A DNA stretch of 64,000 nucleotides from an uncultured Planctomycetaceae bacterium (GCA_963815195.1 CAWFGE010000022.1:224001-288000), one strand, 5' to 3'; positions 45,359-55,883 are shown, numbered from the stretch's first letter. A program made the numbers and translations. Notes: a model not told the origin generated them from the letters alone.

Positions 45359-47505
45359 ATGAAAGCCGATGATTTGAAAATCACGTTGATCAGTCTGCAC
45401 GGGTTGATTCGGGCGGGCGAACCGGAACTGGGCCGCGATGCCGACACCGGCGGGCAGGTGAAATATGTGCTGGAACTCGCGGCGGAACTCAGCCGGCATC
45501 CGCAGGTGTCGCAGGTGGAATTGTTGACCCGCCAGATTTTCGACGACCGCGTGGGGCCGGATTACGCCCAACTCGAAGAACCCATCACCGAGAACGCCCG
45601 GATCGTGCGGATCCCCTTCGGGCCGAAACGCTATCTCCGCAAAGAAGCCCTGTGGCCTTACATCGAAGTGTTTATCGATCAGACGCTCAGCTACTTCAAA
45701 CGCCACGGCCTGCCGGACATCATTCACGGGCATTATGCCGATGCGGGCCTTGCTGGGGCACAGCTGGCTCGGCTGCTCCATGTACCTTACATTTTCACCG
45801 GGCATTCGCTGGGGCGGGTCAAGCGGGAACGCCTGTCGCACGGCAAAAAGAGCGAAGCCGAGTTGGAAAAGCATTACCGCTTCAGCCGGCGGATCGAAGC
45901 CGAGGAAATCGCCCTCGAAACCGCCGCGATGGTCGTCACCAGCACGAATCAGGAAGTGGAAAAGCAGTATGCGATCTACGAGCATTATGTGCCGGACCGG
46001 ATGGAGGTCATTCCGCCGGGGGTCGATCTGTCGGCGTTTCGTCCGCCGGAAAGCGAGGAGAAGCCGCCCATCTATAAGGAGTTGAAGCGGTTTTTGAACG
46101 AGCCGGACAAGCCGATGATTCTCACGATGGCCCGGCCGGACGAACGCAAGAACCTGGAAATGCTGGTTCGCGTGTTCGGCGAAAGCGAAGAGCTGCAGGG
46201 AGCGGGCCAACCTGGTGATGCTCATGGGCTGCCGGGATGATCTCCGCGAGATGGCCGCCAGCCAGCGGCGGGTGCTCAAGCACGTGTTGACCTTGATCGA
46301 CCTGTATGATCTCTACGGAAAAATCGCGTATCCCAAGCATCACCAAACCGATGACGTTCCCGACCTGTATCGCCTGGCCCATACCACGCGCGGCGTGTTC
46401 ATCAACCCGGCACTTACGGAGCCGTTTGGATTGACGCTGTTGGAAGCGGCCGGCAGCGGGGTGCCGATCGTCGCCACCAACGACGGCGGCCCCCGAGACA
46501 TCATCGCCAACTGCCAGAACGGTTTGCTCGTGGATCCGCTCGATCCGGAGGAAATCGAGCAGGCGCTCTTACGGGTGTTGACCGAGCCGGAGCAGTGGGA
46601 AGCCTGGTCGGAATGCGGACTGGCCGGCACGCACGAGCATTATTCCTGGAAGCGGCATGCCGACCGCTACCTGCGGGATGTGACCGACATCCTCGAACAC
46701 TCCGCCACGCCCGTGCTCGCCGCCACCGGCAAACCCCGCCGGTTGCCCGAGTTCGATCGGCTGATCATCACCGACCTCGACAACACGCTCACCGGCGACG
46801 AGCGGGCCCTCGCGGAGTTCTGCGAAATCATTCGCGGCTCCGAGCAGGTCGGCTTCGGCATCGCCACCGGGCGAAGCCTCGAAAACGCGCTCGAGCTAAT
46901 CCACGAACTCAATCTGCCCATGCCCGACCTCTTGGAAACCGCCGTGCGGCACCGAACTGTATTACGGCGAGAAGCTCACGCCGGACCGCAGTTGGCGGAA
47001 GCAGATCGACTATCATTGGAAGCCGGCGGAGATGCGGGAACTGCTCGACACGCAGGAGGGCTTTTATCCGCAAGCCGAGAACGAGCAGTCGGAGTTCAAG
47101 ATCAGTTACGAGTTGGATATGTCGGTCACGCCGAACATCCAGCAAATCCGCCGCATGCTGCGCGAAGCGGGGATTCGGGCGAATGTCGTGTTTTCGTTGG
47201 GGATGTATCTGGATATTATTCCCGTGCGGGCGGGAAGCGACCTGTCGATGCGGCACTTGTTGTACAAGTGGGGGTTTGCGCCGGAGCAGGTTCTCGTCGC
47301 CGGGGATTCCGGAAATGATGAAGGGATGCTCAAGGGCCGCACGCTGGGCGTGGTGGTCGGCAATTACAGCGAGGAACTGGAGAAACTCCGCTCGTGGCCC
47401 CGCATTTATTTTGCCGAGGCTCCGCACGCCAAGGGCATCATGGAAGGCATCGAATACTATCACTTTCTGGACCACATCCTAATTCCCAATGATCGGACCG
47501 AATAG
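45359..47505 (+). CDS. sps: Sucrose-phosphate synthase, two-domain GT4 + HAD type, frameshifts near 46200 and 46945
   Basis: Motifs [75 protein letters not shown] and AGDSGND, spread over three ORFs. Confidence 0.88.
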
Positions 47506-47516
47506 ACCCAGCCGCA

Positions 47517-49485
47517 ATGGCCCGCCGTCGGATCTCCGATTTTGAAGCCGAGCTGTCTCTCTCCCGCCTGTGCCCGCGGCTGGACGCGTCTGGGCGGAGA
47601 CGGCCGCGACGCGCGACGTCATCCACCGCTTCGAGCACCGCCTCGGGCACCAGTGGCCCAGCTGTTTCGGCTGTTGTTTCAGCTTTACGGATCGCGGTAC
47701 GACTTCTTCTATCACCTCGAGCAAATCCTTTTGACCGCGGCCCGGAGTTGGGCGCAGCGGCCCGAACCGACTCAAAACGCTCGACGAGCACCGCGTCAAC
47801 GAGCCGACGTGGTTCGAGTCGGAGAAACTGGTCGGCGGGGCGCTCTATGTCGATCTGTTCAGCGAGAACCTCGGCCGACTGCGGGAGCACGATCCCCTAC
47901 TTCCAGAACCTGGGGCTGACGTATCTGCACCTGATGCCCCTGTTCGCCGTCCGGCCGGGCGACAACGACGGCGGCTATGCCATCAGCAACTATCGCTCGG
48001 TCGATCCCCGCCTGGGCACGATCGACGACCTGCGGCTGCTCGCCGAGCGAACTGCACGAAGCCGGCATCAGTTTGGTGCTCGACTTCGTGTTCAACCACA
48101 CCTCCGACGATCACGAATGGGCCCAAAAAGCCCAAGCCGGCAACCGCGAATACCAGCAGTATCTATTACATCTTCCCCGACCGCACGCTCCCCGACCAGT
48201 ACGAGCGGACGCTGCGGGAGATCTTTCCCACCGTTCGCCGGGGCAACTTCACGTGGCACGACGGGATGCAGCGGTGGGTCTGGACGACCTTCAACAGCTT
48301 TCAGTGGGATTTGAACTACCACAACCCGGCCGTCTTCCGCGCCATGCTGGAGGAGATGCTGTTTCTGGCGAACACGGGTGTCGACATTCTCCGGCTCGAT
48401 GCGGTCGCCTTCATCTGGAAACAGATGGGCACCGGCTGCGAGAACCTCCCCGAAGCGCACACATGGATCAAGGCGTTCAACACGCTCGGAAGCATCGCGG
48501 CTCCGGGACTGGTGTTCAAGTCCGAAGCGATCGTCCATCCGGACGAAGTCGTCAGATACATCAGCCGAGGACGAATGCCAGATCTCCTACAATCCGACAC
48601 TGATGGCCTTGCTGTGGGAGTCGCTCGCGACGCGGGAAGTCCGGCTGCTCACCAAATCGCTCAGCCATCGGCACAAGCTGCCCCAAGAACACGACTTGGG
48701 TGAATTACCTCCGCTGCCACGATGATATCGGCTGGACCTTCGACGATCAGGACGCGGCGGCAATCGGCATCAACGCCTACGATCATCGGCAGTTTCTCAA
48801 TGCGTTTTACACCGGGCAGTTTCCCGGTTCGTTCGCGCGGGGCGTCCCGTTTCAGCACAATCCGCAAACCGGCGACATGCGGATCTCCGGGACGATGGCG
48901 TCGCTCGCCGGGCTGGAGCAGGCGATCGAAGAGGATGACCCCGAATTTGTCGAAATGGCCATCCGCCGGATTCTGCTGCTCCACGGGGTGACGCTGAGCA
49001 TCGGCGGGATTCCGCTGCTGTACCTCGGCGAAGAATGGGGCATGCTTAACGATTACGACTTTGTGAAAGACCCCGCCAAAGCCGGCGACACCCGCTGGAT
49101 TCACCGCCCCAAAATGAAATGGGAATACCTGGAGGAATTGAAAACGCAGACGGCGACCGCGACCGGCAGCATCCACGCGCGGATTTTTCAGTCCATCCGT
49201 GACCTGATTTTGCTCAGAGAAAGCCTGCCCGCCCTCGCCGGCCAGGACATGCAGCTGATCTCCTTGGGCAACACGCACGTGCTGGGGTTCCTCCGCGCGT
49301 CGGAAGGCAACCGCCTCGTGGTGCTGGCGAACTTTTCCGACGCCCCGCAATCGATCCAAGGCAACACGATCCGCACCGCCGGCTTGGGCCGATTCTTCCA
49401 GGATGTGCAGACCGAAAAAACCTACGCCACCTCGGAGAGCATCGACTTGGAGCCTTATCAACTCCTCTGGCTCCAACGGGTGTGA
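47517..49485 (+). CDS. Amylosucrase-like GH13 enzyme, several frameshifts
   Basis: Motifs [98 protein letters not shown] and RWIHRP, found in alternating frames. Confidence 0.85.
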
Positions 49486-49514
49486 GCTTTCAGAGTTGCG
49501 CCATTGTCGCAAGT

Positions 49515-49541
49515 ATTAGCCGCAGGGCGCTAGCCCCGGTT
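49515..49541. repeat. REP-like element (family of 6490 and 20267)
   Basis: attagccgcagggcgctagccccggtt. Confidence 0.72.
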
Positions 49542-49611
49542 TGCGGAAACGGACAGATATTCTTTGCGCGACGCGTGCGGCTCGACAAAACTTGAAACAT
49601 TAAACCTGAAA

Positions 49612-50019
49612 CTACTGAGATCGTTGCACCAGAAAACTGCGGTCGCCGCGGGTGACGTAGATGGCGTCTTCTTGAATCCGGCCGCAGGTTTCGACGAGGA
49701 ATTGGATCAGCCGCTCGAAGTCGGGTTCGTTTTCAAAAGAGACCTCGAACCGCTCCATCACATCGTGCACGAGCTGTCCGGCGGGATCCATCCAGCAGCC
49801 CTTCACGGGCGTGGGCGTTTGCGTGTAAGCCCGGAAATGCAGGATCAAGAACTCATGAATCGCCGCCCGCGCGGTCTGGGCCAGGCTCGTCCCCGGACCG
49901 CCGGCCGCGTTCTGGGGTTCGTCGTTGCGAAAATACTTGGGGTCGTCGAGCTTGTGGGACGGGATATAAAACACCGTCATCTTGCCCAGCTCATAAACGT
50001 GGGAATGAGGTTCATTCAT
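49612..50019 (-). CDS. Hypothetical protein, 135 aa
   Basis: Globular-looking sequence (YELGKMTVFYIPSHKLDD..RFEVSF..IQEDAIYVTRG) with a GAAGG RBS-like motif upstream. Confidence 0.7.
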   Translation of the reverse strand: MNEPHSHVYELGKMTVFYIPSHKLDDPKYFRNDEPQNAAGGPGTSLAQTARAAIHEFLILHFRAYTQTPTPVKGCWMDPAGQLVHDVMERFEVSFENEPDFERLIQFLVETCGRIQEDAIYVTRGDRSFLVQRSQ

Positions 50020-50241
50020 GGTGCTCGCCTTCGATTGCCTCGCGGTCCCGCTCAAGGAACGATAGCTGCCCGGAATGGATTTTACCACCAAGGCACGAAG
50101 GGTCGCGGATCTGCGAGCGGGGAACCTCGCCCTGCGGCTAATCAATGCGAGAACCAACTCGATCATCGGGCGGAAGGCGCTCGCGTCCGCTTCGCCCTGG
50201 ATTTCCTTCGTGTCTTCGTGGTTTCCATGTTTCGGGCGCAT

Positions 50242-50279
50242 AAAAAAACCGCCCGGGCGATCTTGCGGGGCGGTTTTGT
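50242..50279. terminator. Intrinsic terminator for the 59-aa gene
   Basis: aaaaaaaccgcccgg..ggggcggtttt. Confidence 0.65.
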
Positions 50280-50335
50280 CGTGTTGCGTGTTGTCGAGGA
50301 AGACTGTCCCGAGTGCTTTAAGTCAGGCCAGGGCG

Positions 50336-50515
50336 TCAGGCTTGCTCGCGGTCTTTTTTGACCATCTCGTCGAGGATGATCGGGTGCCAATCGCGGGAGC
50401 GTTTGGAGGCGGGGGCGTAATTCTTGCGGGCCCAGGTGCGGAGCCGCATTTCGTCGATGGGGTCAATGTCGCTCATTTCTTCGGCAGGGTTGGCGGTGGC
50501 CACAGCGGTGTTCAT
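50336..50515 (-). CDS. 59-aa small protein, below the ORF-track cutoff
   Basis: MNTAVATANPAEEMSDIDPIDEMRLRTWARKNYAPASKRSRDWHPIILDEMVKKDREQA, with a strong GAGGAGAGAGG RBS and a downstream terminator. Confidence 0.8.
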   Translation of the reverse strand: MNTAVATANPAEEMSDIDPIDEMRLRTWARKNYAPASKRSRDWHPIILDEMVKKDREQA

Positions 50516-51040
50516 ACCCGGTACCTCTCTCCTCGTTTTTTCAACAAGACATCAAATTGACAAAGATCCGACCGTCGTTTCAATACGAGTTGATAGACGA
50601 TCATCGCCCTCAACGAATGAGGTTGGAAGAAACATAACAACGTATCGGCCATTTCCGCAAGGGAATTGGCGAGAATTTTAGCAATTTTTCCCGGGAAAGC
50701 GGCCTCCCGCTTGGAAAGTTGGTCGGAATCATTTCAAACAGCCGGGCCGAATGGGAATTTTCGGGTTTTTGGCTCAAGTTTTCCGGTTGGGAAAAGTCTT
50801 TGGAAATCTCGGGGAATTCGCCTATCAAGACTCCGGGGATTTTGATATTTTTTTCTTCACATCGTGGCGTTGGCCCGCCAAGGCCGCGAGCAAACATTTC
50901 ACCAATCCCCTCTCAATAACGGTTCATCATTTGGAAGGAACGCGCTCGGGGTGCGTGCCGCATTTCAAATCACGTGGGGCGATCGATCGCGGGGAACAAG
51001 ACCCTCGCCCTGGAAACGAGCAACCGGCAAGGAGGCCACT

Positions 51041-51577
51041 GTGACGTTCGGGAATACACAACAGCAAGATCTCAAAGTTCAAATTCGCTGGCTCATCCGG
51101 CGGGACATGCCCGAAGTCTTGGACATCGAACGCTCCAGCTTCGAATTCGCCTGGACCGAAGAAGATTTCCTCTGCTGTCTTCGGCAGCGAAACTGCATCG
51201 GCATGGTCGCCGAGGCCGCCGGCGAAATCGTCGGCTTCATGATCTATGAACTCCACAAGGACAAACTCCGGATTCTGAATTTTGCCGTGGGGACGCACGT
51301 CCGCCGGCAGGGCGTCGGGGCCCAGATGGTCCGGCGGCTGATCGACAAGCTTTCGCAGCAGCGCCGCAAGGAAATCGTCCTGGACGTGCGGGAAAGCAAC
51401 CTCGCGGCCCAATTGTTCTACCGCAACCAGGGCTTCCGGGCCGTCGGTGTTTTGCGGAATTACTACGAAGACACCGCCGAGGACGCCTACAGCATGCAGT
51501 ACGTGCTGAATCCGCAGGACGACATCTACTCGCCGTTCTCGCCCAAAAACCGCATCTCGGAATACGATGCCGCCTGA
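51041..51577 (+). CDS. rimI: RimI-like GNAT acetyltransferase
   Basis: AAGGAGG RBS and GTG start. Motifs VLDIERSSF..AW, RRQGVG, LDVRESN.AAQ.FY..QGF and NYYED..EDA. Confidence 0.88.
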   Translation: MTFGNTQQQDLKVQIRWLIRRDMPEVLDIERSSFEFAWTEEDFLCCLRQRNCIGMVAEAAGEIVGFMIYELHKDKLRILNFAVGTHVRRQGVGAQMVRRLIDKLSQQRRKEIVLDVRESNLAAQLFYRNQGFRAVGVLRNYYEDTAEDAYSMQYVLNPQDDIYSPFSPKNRISEYDAA

Positions 51578-51616
51578 ACAAAAAGCCGTCCCCCTGTCCG
51601 CAACACGTTTTCTTTC

Positions 51617-51658
51617 AAAACCCGGCTCTTCGCCGTTGCGAGGAACTGGGTTTTTTTG
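51617..51658 (+). terminator. Terminator after rimI
   Basis: aaaacccggctc..gaactgggttttttt. Confidence 0.6.
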
Positions 51659-51767
51659 TGTCACCAAGGGGAGCGGCCGGCGTTAGCCGGCTGATCACTC
51701 ACGTACGCTCGATCTCGATTCTTATCGCGACCTTATTGCAACCGGCGCTTGAATGACGTTCGATGCA

Positions 51768-51807
51768 ATCATGGGGCTTACGCCCGGGCTTACGCCCCAC
51801 GCTCGCC
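51768..51807. repeat. REP-like element, copy of 45264-45303
   Basis: atcatggggcttacgcccgggcttacgccccacgctcgcc. Confidence 0.75.
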
Positions 51808-51826
51808 TTTCACGCACGCTCGCCGG

Positions 51827-52327
51827 TCACGCATAAGGCAGTTCGTCGAGGATCTGCGTTTCGGGAAGGGGCGATCGGGTGCGGCCCAGGAACTTGCCGC
51901 CGCTGTGGTAGATGCCGGACCGCGTGAATCGGCACCAGCTCAATTTCAGGATCACGGCGTCCCGCAAGTTTTCCTCGAACGCGAAGGTCACGATCGCCCG
52001 CCGGCAGGCCAGCGGATCGAGATGGGTGAAAGAAAACCCGGCGGGCGAGATGTCCCGGCCCGAAATGATTTTGTGCTGGCCCAATGGTTCGCCGGTGTGG
52101 TCGTCTAAAGGTGTGAGCACGGCCGGGCGGTCGTATGTGGTCCGCTGGCAGCGGCGCTGCTCGGCGACGGCGGAGGGAGCATGCCACGAAGCCACCAGGC
52201 GGTCCACGAGTCGCGAGATTTCCGCAAGTCCCGGCGGGGAAGTCTGGTCCGGTGCTTGCATTCTGGCCGACGCGACGTCGGCGGGCGGAGTCGCGCTTAA
52301 CAGACCGGCAGCGGCGGATGGGTGCAT
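51827..52327 (-). CDS. PilZ-like domain protein
   Basis: EQRRCQR (RxxxR) and RDISPAG (DxSxxG), then WCRF...G.Y.SGG.F. Confidence 0.7.
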   Translation of the reverse strand: MHPSAAAGLLSATPPADVASARMQAPDQTSPPGLAEISRLVDRLVASWHAPSAVAEQRRCQRTTYDRPAVLTPLDDHTGEPLGQHKIISGRDISPAGFSFTHLDPLACRRAIVTFAFEENLRDAVILKLSWCRFTRSGIYHSGGKFLGRTRSPLPETQILDELPYA

Positions 52328-52586
52328 GTCGTGAAGTCCCCTCGAAGAATAGCCCGAAAAACCGCCGAGGGCTCCGGCGGTATAGAATCTCATCGTGAGA
52401 GGGGCGCACGATTTACTGACAAAAACCTAGCCCACACTTGGCTGGGGGTCAAACTGATTTTGTCCCTGGGTTTTTTGTCCGTAGATGTCTGTACCGGAGG
52501 GAACCCTTGAAATTTGTCGCCGTCGCGGAGAATCTAAACCCCTAAAGACCCATCATTTCCATTCGTGATCCAAGGAGAACGACTTT

Positions 52587-52727
52587 ATGACTGGCTACAC
52601 GGTCAACACGGGATCCAGCGAAGAATTCGCCGCCGGCTGGGACCGGATCTTCGGCGAAAAAAAGAAAGACAAGAAGCCCAAGAAGAAATCCGAAAAGGCG
52701 AAGGCCAAGAAATCCAAAAAGAAGTGA
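52587..52727 (+). CDS. 46-aa lysine-rich small protein, not in the ORF track
   Basis: AAGGAG RBS. Sequence MTGYTVNTGSSEEFAAGWDRIFGEKKKDKKPKKKSEKAKAKKSKKK. Confidence 0.78.
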   Translation: MTGYTVNTGSSEEFAAGWDRIFGEKKKDKKPKKKSEKAKAKKSKKK

Positions 52728-52736
52728 CAAATTTTG

Positions 52737-53915
52737 TCACACGCGGCGGCAGACGATCGCGCGGGTTTTGCCGGCGATGCGGGCGAACACCAGCGCGGCT
52801 TTGCCCGTGCCTTCGAGCGGGAGTTTCCGGCGGACGGCTTCCGCCTGGATCGGAACGTGCCGGCATTTGATCTCCACCTCCCCCGCCGGGTGATCGCGGA
52901 AGTAGCGGCGAATCGTGCGGTCGTTGTTGGGCATTTCCGCGAGGACTTCAAACCCCCGCACGAACGGTGACTCGCACCATTTGTCCGCGGTGAGGTATTC
53001 TTCCGCGTCGTCCAAGCGGATGAGCGAAGCCTGCTCCGCGAGCAAGTTCACGAGCCCCGACCGCACCACGGAGGGATCGGGATCGTACAAAAACCGGGCC
53101 AAGGGGCCGAATTCGCACAGGGCCTCCAGGGGATGCCCGGCGAGCGTCTCGTTCGCGGGCAGCACCGTCGCTCGCCATTGGCCCGTCGCGGCCAGTTCGC
53201 CGAACCACACCGCGGCTTCTTTGCATTCGCCGTGGAGGCTGATGAGTTCGATTTCCGCCTCGGGAAATTTTCCCAGAAAATTCGCGGCGGGGCTGAGCTT
53301 GATCGCTCCGCCGGGGACCGTGTCCATCAGTTTTTGCAGAAACGGCAGGCCGGGCTGGGCGTCTTCGATCCGCAGCGAGCGGCCGCGGCCCTTCGCCCGG
53401 CGGTCGGGATCGATATGCACGCGGTCGGGCCAACGGTCGGGGCTTTGAAAAAGCTGTTCCACATCGGCACATTCGATTTGCACGCGGTCTCTGACGCCAT
53501 AAACTTCCGCGTTCCACCGGGTTCTGAGGCAGGCTGCGGGATTGCGGTCGATCGCCATGACCTCGCCCCGCTCTGCGAGCGCGATCGCATCTCCGCCAAT
53601 GCCCGAGCACAAATCCCACACCGGCCCGGCAAACCTCAGGGCTTTGTGGCGGGCGACGAGTTCCGATGTGGCCTGCTCGAGGCCTTGCCGATCGAACCAC
53701 ATCCGGCCCGCCCGCGAGAATTTGTCTTTCGCCCGCTCGCGGAGTTCCTCGAGCGCAAACGCGGCCCGCACGAGGTCGTCGGGAAACTCGTCCCGCAACT
53801 GCCGCTGTTTTTGAAGCTCGGAGCCTTCGATTTGGCGGAGCCGGTCAAAAATTCCCTCGGCGTCCCGCAGCCGCCGGAGCCGTTGGACTTCTTCATTGGC
53901 GGAGGGTTCGCTCAT
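52737..53915 (-). CDS. SAM-dependent methyltransferase with THUMP-like C-terminus
   Basis: Motifs GLEQAT, DLCSGIGGDAIAL, IDPDRR, IKLSPA, GECKEA and YDPDPSVVRSGL. Confidence 0.85.
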   Translation of the reverse strand: MSEPSANEEVQRLRRLRDAEGIFDRLRQIEGSELQKQRQLRDEFPDDLVRAAFALEELRERAKDKFSRAGRMWFDRQGLEQATSELVARHKALRFAGPVWDLCSGIGGDAIALAERGEVMAIDRNPAACLRTRWNAEVYGVRDRVQIECADVEQLFQSPDRWPDRVHIDPDRRAKGRGRSLRIEDAQPGLPFLQKLMDTVPGGAIKLSPAANFLGKFPEAEIELISLHGECKEAAVWFGELAATGQWRATVLPANETLAGHPLEALCEFGPLARFLYDPDPSVVRSGLVNLLAEQASLIRLDDAEEYLTADKWCESPFVRGFEVLAEMPNNDRTIRRYFRDHPAGEVEIKCRHVPIQAEAVRRKLPLEGTGKAALVFARIAGKTRAIVCRRV

Positions 53916-54060
53916 GGGCCGGAAACGGGTTGGCATTTGTGGGAAAATCTGACTGTAGGTCAAGTCAAGACGGAATTGCAAACCAACCGGGGCGTCTATA
54001 GAGTGAGAGAACAAAATGTAGGAACGACCAAGCCTTAATGACCAATGCCCAAAACAGTTT

Positions 54061-54139
54061 GGGTGGCACGCCCTGAGGAACGCGGGGCGTGGTCTTTGCG
54101 ATTGCCACGCCCTGCGCTGCGCTCCGGGGCGTGCCACCC
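54061..54139. repeat. REP-like hairpin GGGTGGCACGCCC..GGGCGTGCCACCC
   Basis: Terminal 13-bp inverted repeat with nested stems. Confidence 0.72.
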
Positions 54140-54171
54140 GGCCGCGAAAACTTGAAACCTGAAACGAAGCG

Positions 54172-55179
54172 ATGCATATCCCCGATGGAGTTTTGAGTCC
54201 CGAAGTTTGTGCGGGCACCGGTGCGTTGGCGGCGGGCGCGGTGCGGTACAGCTTGCACCGTTTGCGGCAATCGCCTTCCGACCGCACCGTGCCTTTGACG
54301 GGAATGATGGCGGCGGTGATCTTCGCGGGGCAAATGGTGAATTTTCCCGTCTCGCTGTTCGGCATCCCGGCGGTGTCGGGGCATTTGATGGGCGGCGTGC
54401 TGGCGGCGGCCGTCTTGGGACCGTGGGCCGGCTGCCTGGCGGTGTTTCTGGTGCTGCTCGTGCAAGGCGTGCTGTTCGCCGACGGCGGCTTGTTATCGCT
54501 GGGGGCGAACACCTTGAACATGGCCGTCGTCGGAGCCTGGGGCGGCTACGGCGTTTTGAGCTTCGTCAAAAACCGCTTCGCCAACGACGCCCGCGGGGTG
54601 ATCGTCGGGATCGTCGTCGCGTCCTGGCTGAGCGTGCTTGCGGCCGCGGCCCTGTTCTGCGGCGAAGTGTGGCTCTCCTGGAACGTGCCGGAGTTCGACT
54701 TCGGCAGCTTGTTCACGTTGATGGTCACCGTGCACTCGGCCATCGGCATCGGGGAGGCATTGATTACCGGCAGCATCGTGAGTTTTCTGCTTTTGCACAG
54801 GCGGGAACTGATTTCGCGAATGCAGCGGGCGGAAACCGGCCGCCGATCCTGGGCGCCGGTGATGATCACGGGCTTCGTCCTGGCCTTGGCGATCGCTGCG
54901 TTTTTGGCTCCGTTTGCTTCGGGGCATCCCGACGGCTTGGAAAGCGTGGCCGAGAAAACGACTCTCGATGCGCGGGTCGGGGAACCGACCGTGATGCTCC
55001 TGTCCGATTATGCGATTCCGCTGCCTTTCGCCGATTGGGAAGCCGTTCCCGCGTGGCGGATGATTTCGGTGAGCCTGGCGGGGATCCTGGGAACGTTGGC
55101 GGTGATTGCAATGGGCTTTTTGATGGGCCGGGCCCTGCCGGTTTCGCCGGTGTCCGCGGGAGTCAACGATGCCCGCTGA
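54172..55179 (+). CDS. cbiM: Ni/Co ECF transporter substrate component (CbiM/NikM with fused PDGLE domain)
   Basis: MHIPDG N-terminus, SGHLMGG, ADGGL..LGAN and ASGHPDGLE. Confidence 0.9.
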   Translation: MHIPDGVLSPEVCAGTGALAAGAVRYSLHRLRQSPSDRTVPLTGMMAAVIFAGQMVNFPVSLFGIPAVSGHLMGGVLAAAVLGPWAGCLAVFLVLLVQGVLFADGGLLSLGANTLNMAVVGAWGGYGVLSFVKNRFANDARGVIVGIVVASWLSVLAAAALFCGEVWLSWNVPEFDFGSLFTLMVTVHSAIGIGEALITGSIVSFLLLHRRELISRMQRAETGRRSWAPVMITGFVLALAIAAFLAPFASGHPDGLESVAEKTTLDARVGEPTVMLLSDYAIPLPFADWEAVPAWRMISVSLAGILGTLAVIAMGFLMGRALPVSPVSAGVNDAR

Positions 55180-55830
55180 AACGTCTAAGGCGAGTCCCGC
55201 ACCGCTGTCGATTTGTCATCGGTTGCCGGCGGGGGCGAGGTTGGGGTTGGCGTTTGGCGTCGTGCTGATCGCGGTGCTGACGCCGGCGGAGTTTTGGCCG
55301 CTCTCCGGCGTGTTGGGCTGTGTGATCTTCGTGGGGCAGACGTTGGCGAACATCCCGTTCGCGTACATTGGCCGGCGGTTGTTGATCTTCGTTCCGCCGG
55401 TGACCCTGGTGGCTCTGTCCTTTCCCATGTCTCAGGGGTTTCAAACGGGCTGGTCGGTGAGCGTGGCGATTTTGTTGCGGAGCACTTTGGCGCTCATGGC
55501 AGGGATTTGGATGGTGCATGTGCTGCCGTTCGAGGAAATGCTGCAAACGCTCCGGCGTTACAAAGTCCCGATGGTGCTGGTTGCCACGCTGGCGTTTGCG
55601 TACCGGTATGCGTTCGTGCTTTGGGATGAACTCGACAAAATGCGCACCGCCCGCCGGGCCCGCACGTTCGGCCATCCGGGTCTGTGGAGCCGCTGGAAAA
55701 CCTCGGCTCAACTGTTGGGCATGCTGCTTTTGCGGGCGTTGTCCCGGGCCGAGCGCGTGCACGGAGCGATGTCGCCCGCGGCTGGGACGGCGAAATTCGC
55801 ACGCTCGATGAAACCACGGACGAGCGATAA
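55169..55830 (+). CDS. cbiQ: ECF transporter T component, frameshift near 55770
   Basis: Motifs YRY.FVL.DE..KM..ARRAR and LLRALSRAERVH.AM. The tail RGWDGEIRTL is in another frame, ending at TAA 55830. Confidence 0.85.
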
Positions 55831-55883
55831 ACGGCAAAGAGGGAATATGCAAAAGTGCCTGTTTCACAGAAGACCGTATTCAA

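Noticed and set aside
53916..54171. Possible cobalamin or NiCo riboswitch before cbiM
   Set aside because: No B12-box or recognisable core was seen. The structure present is a REP-like hairpin.
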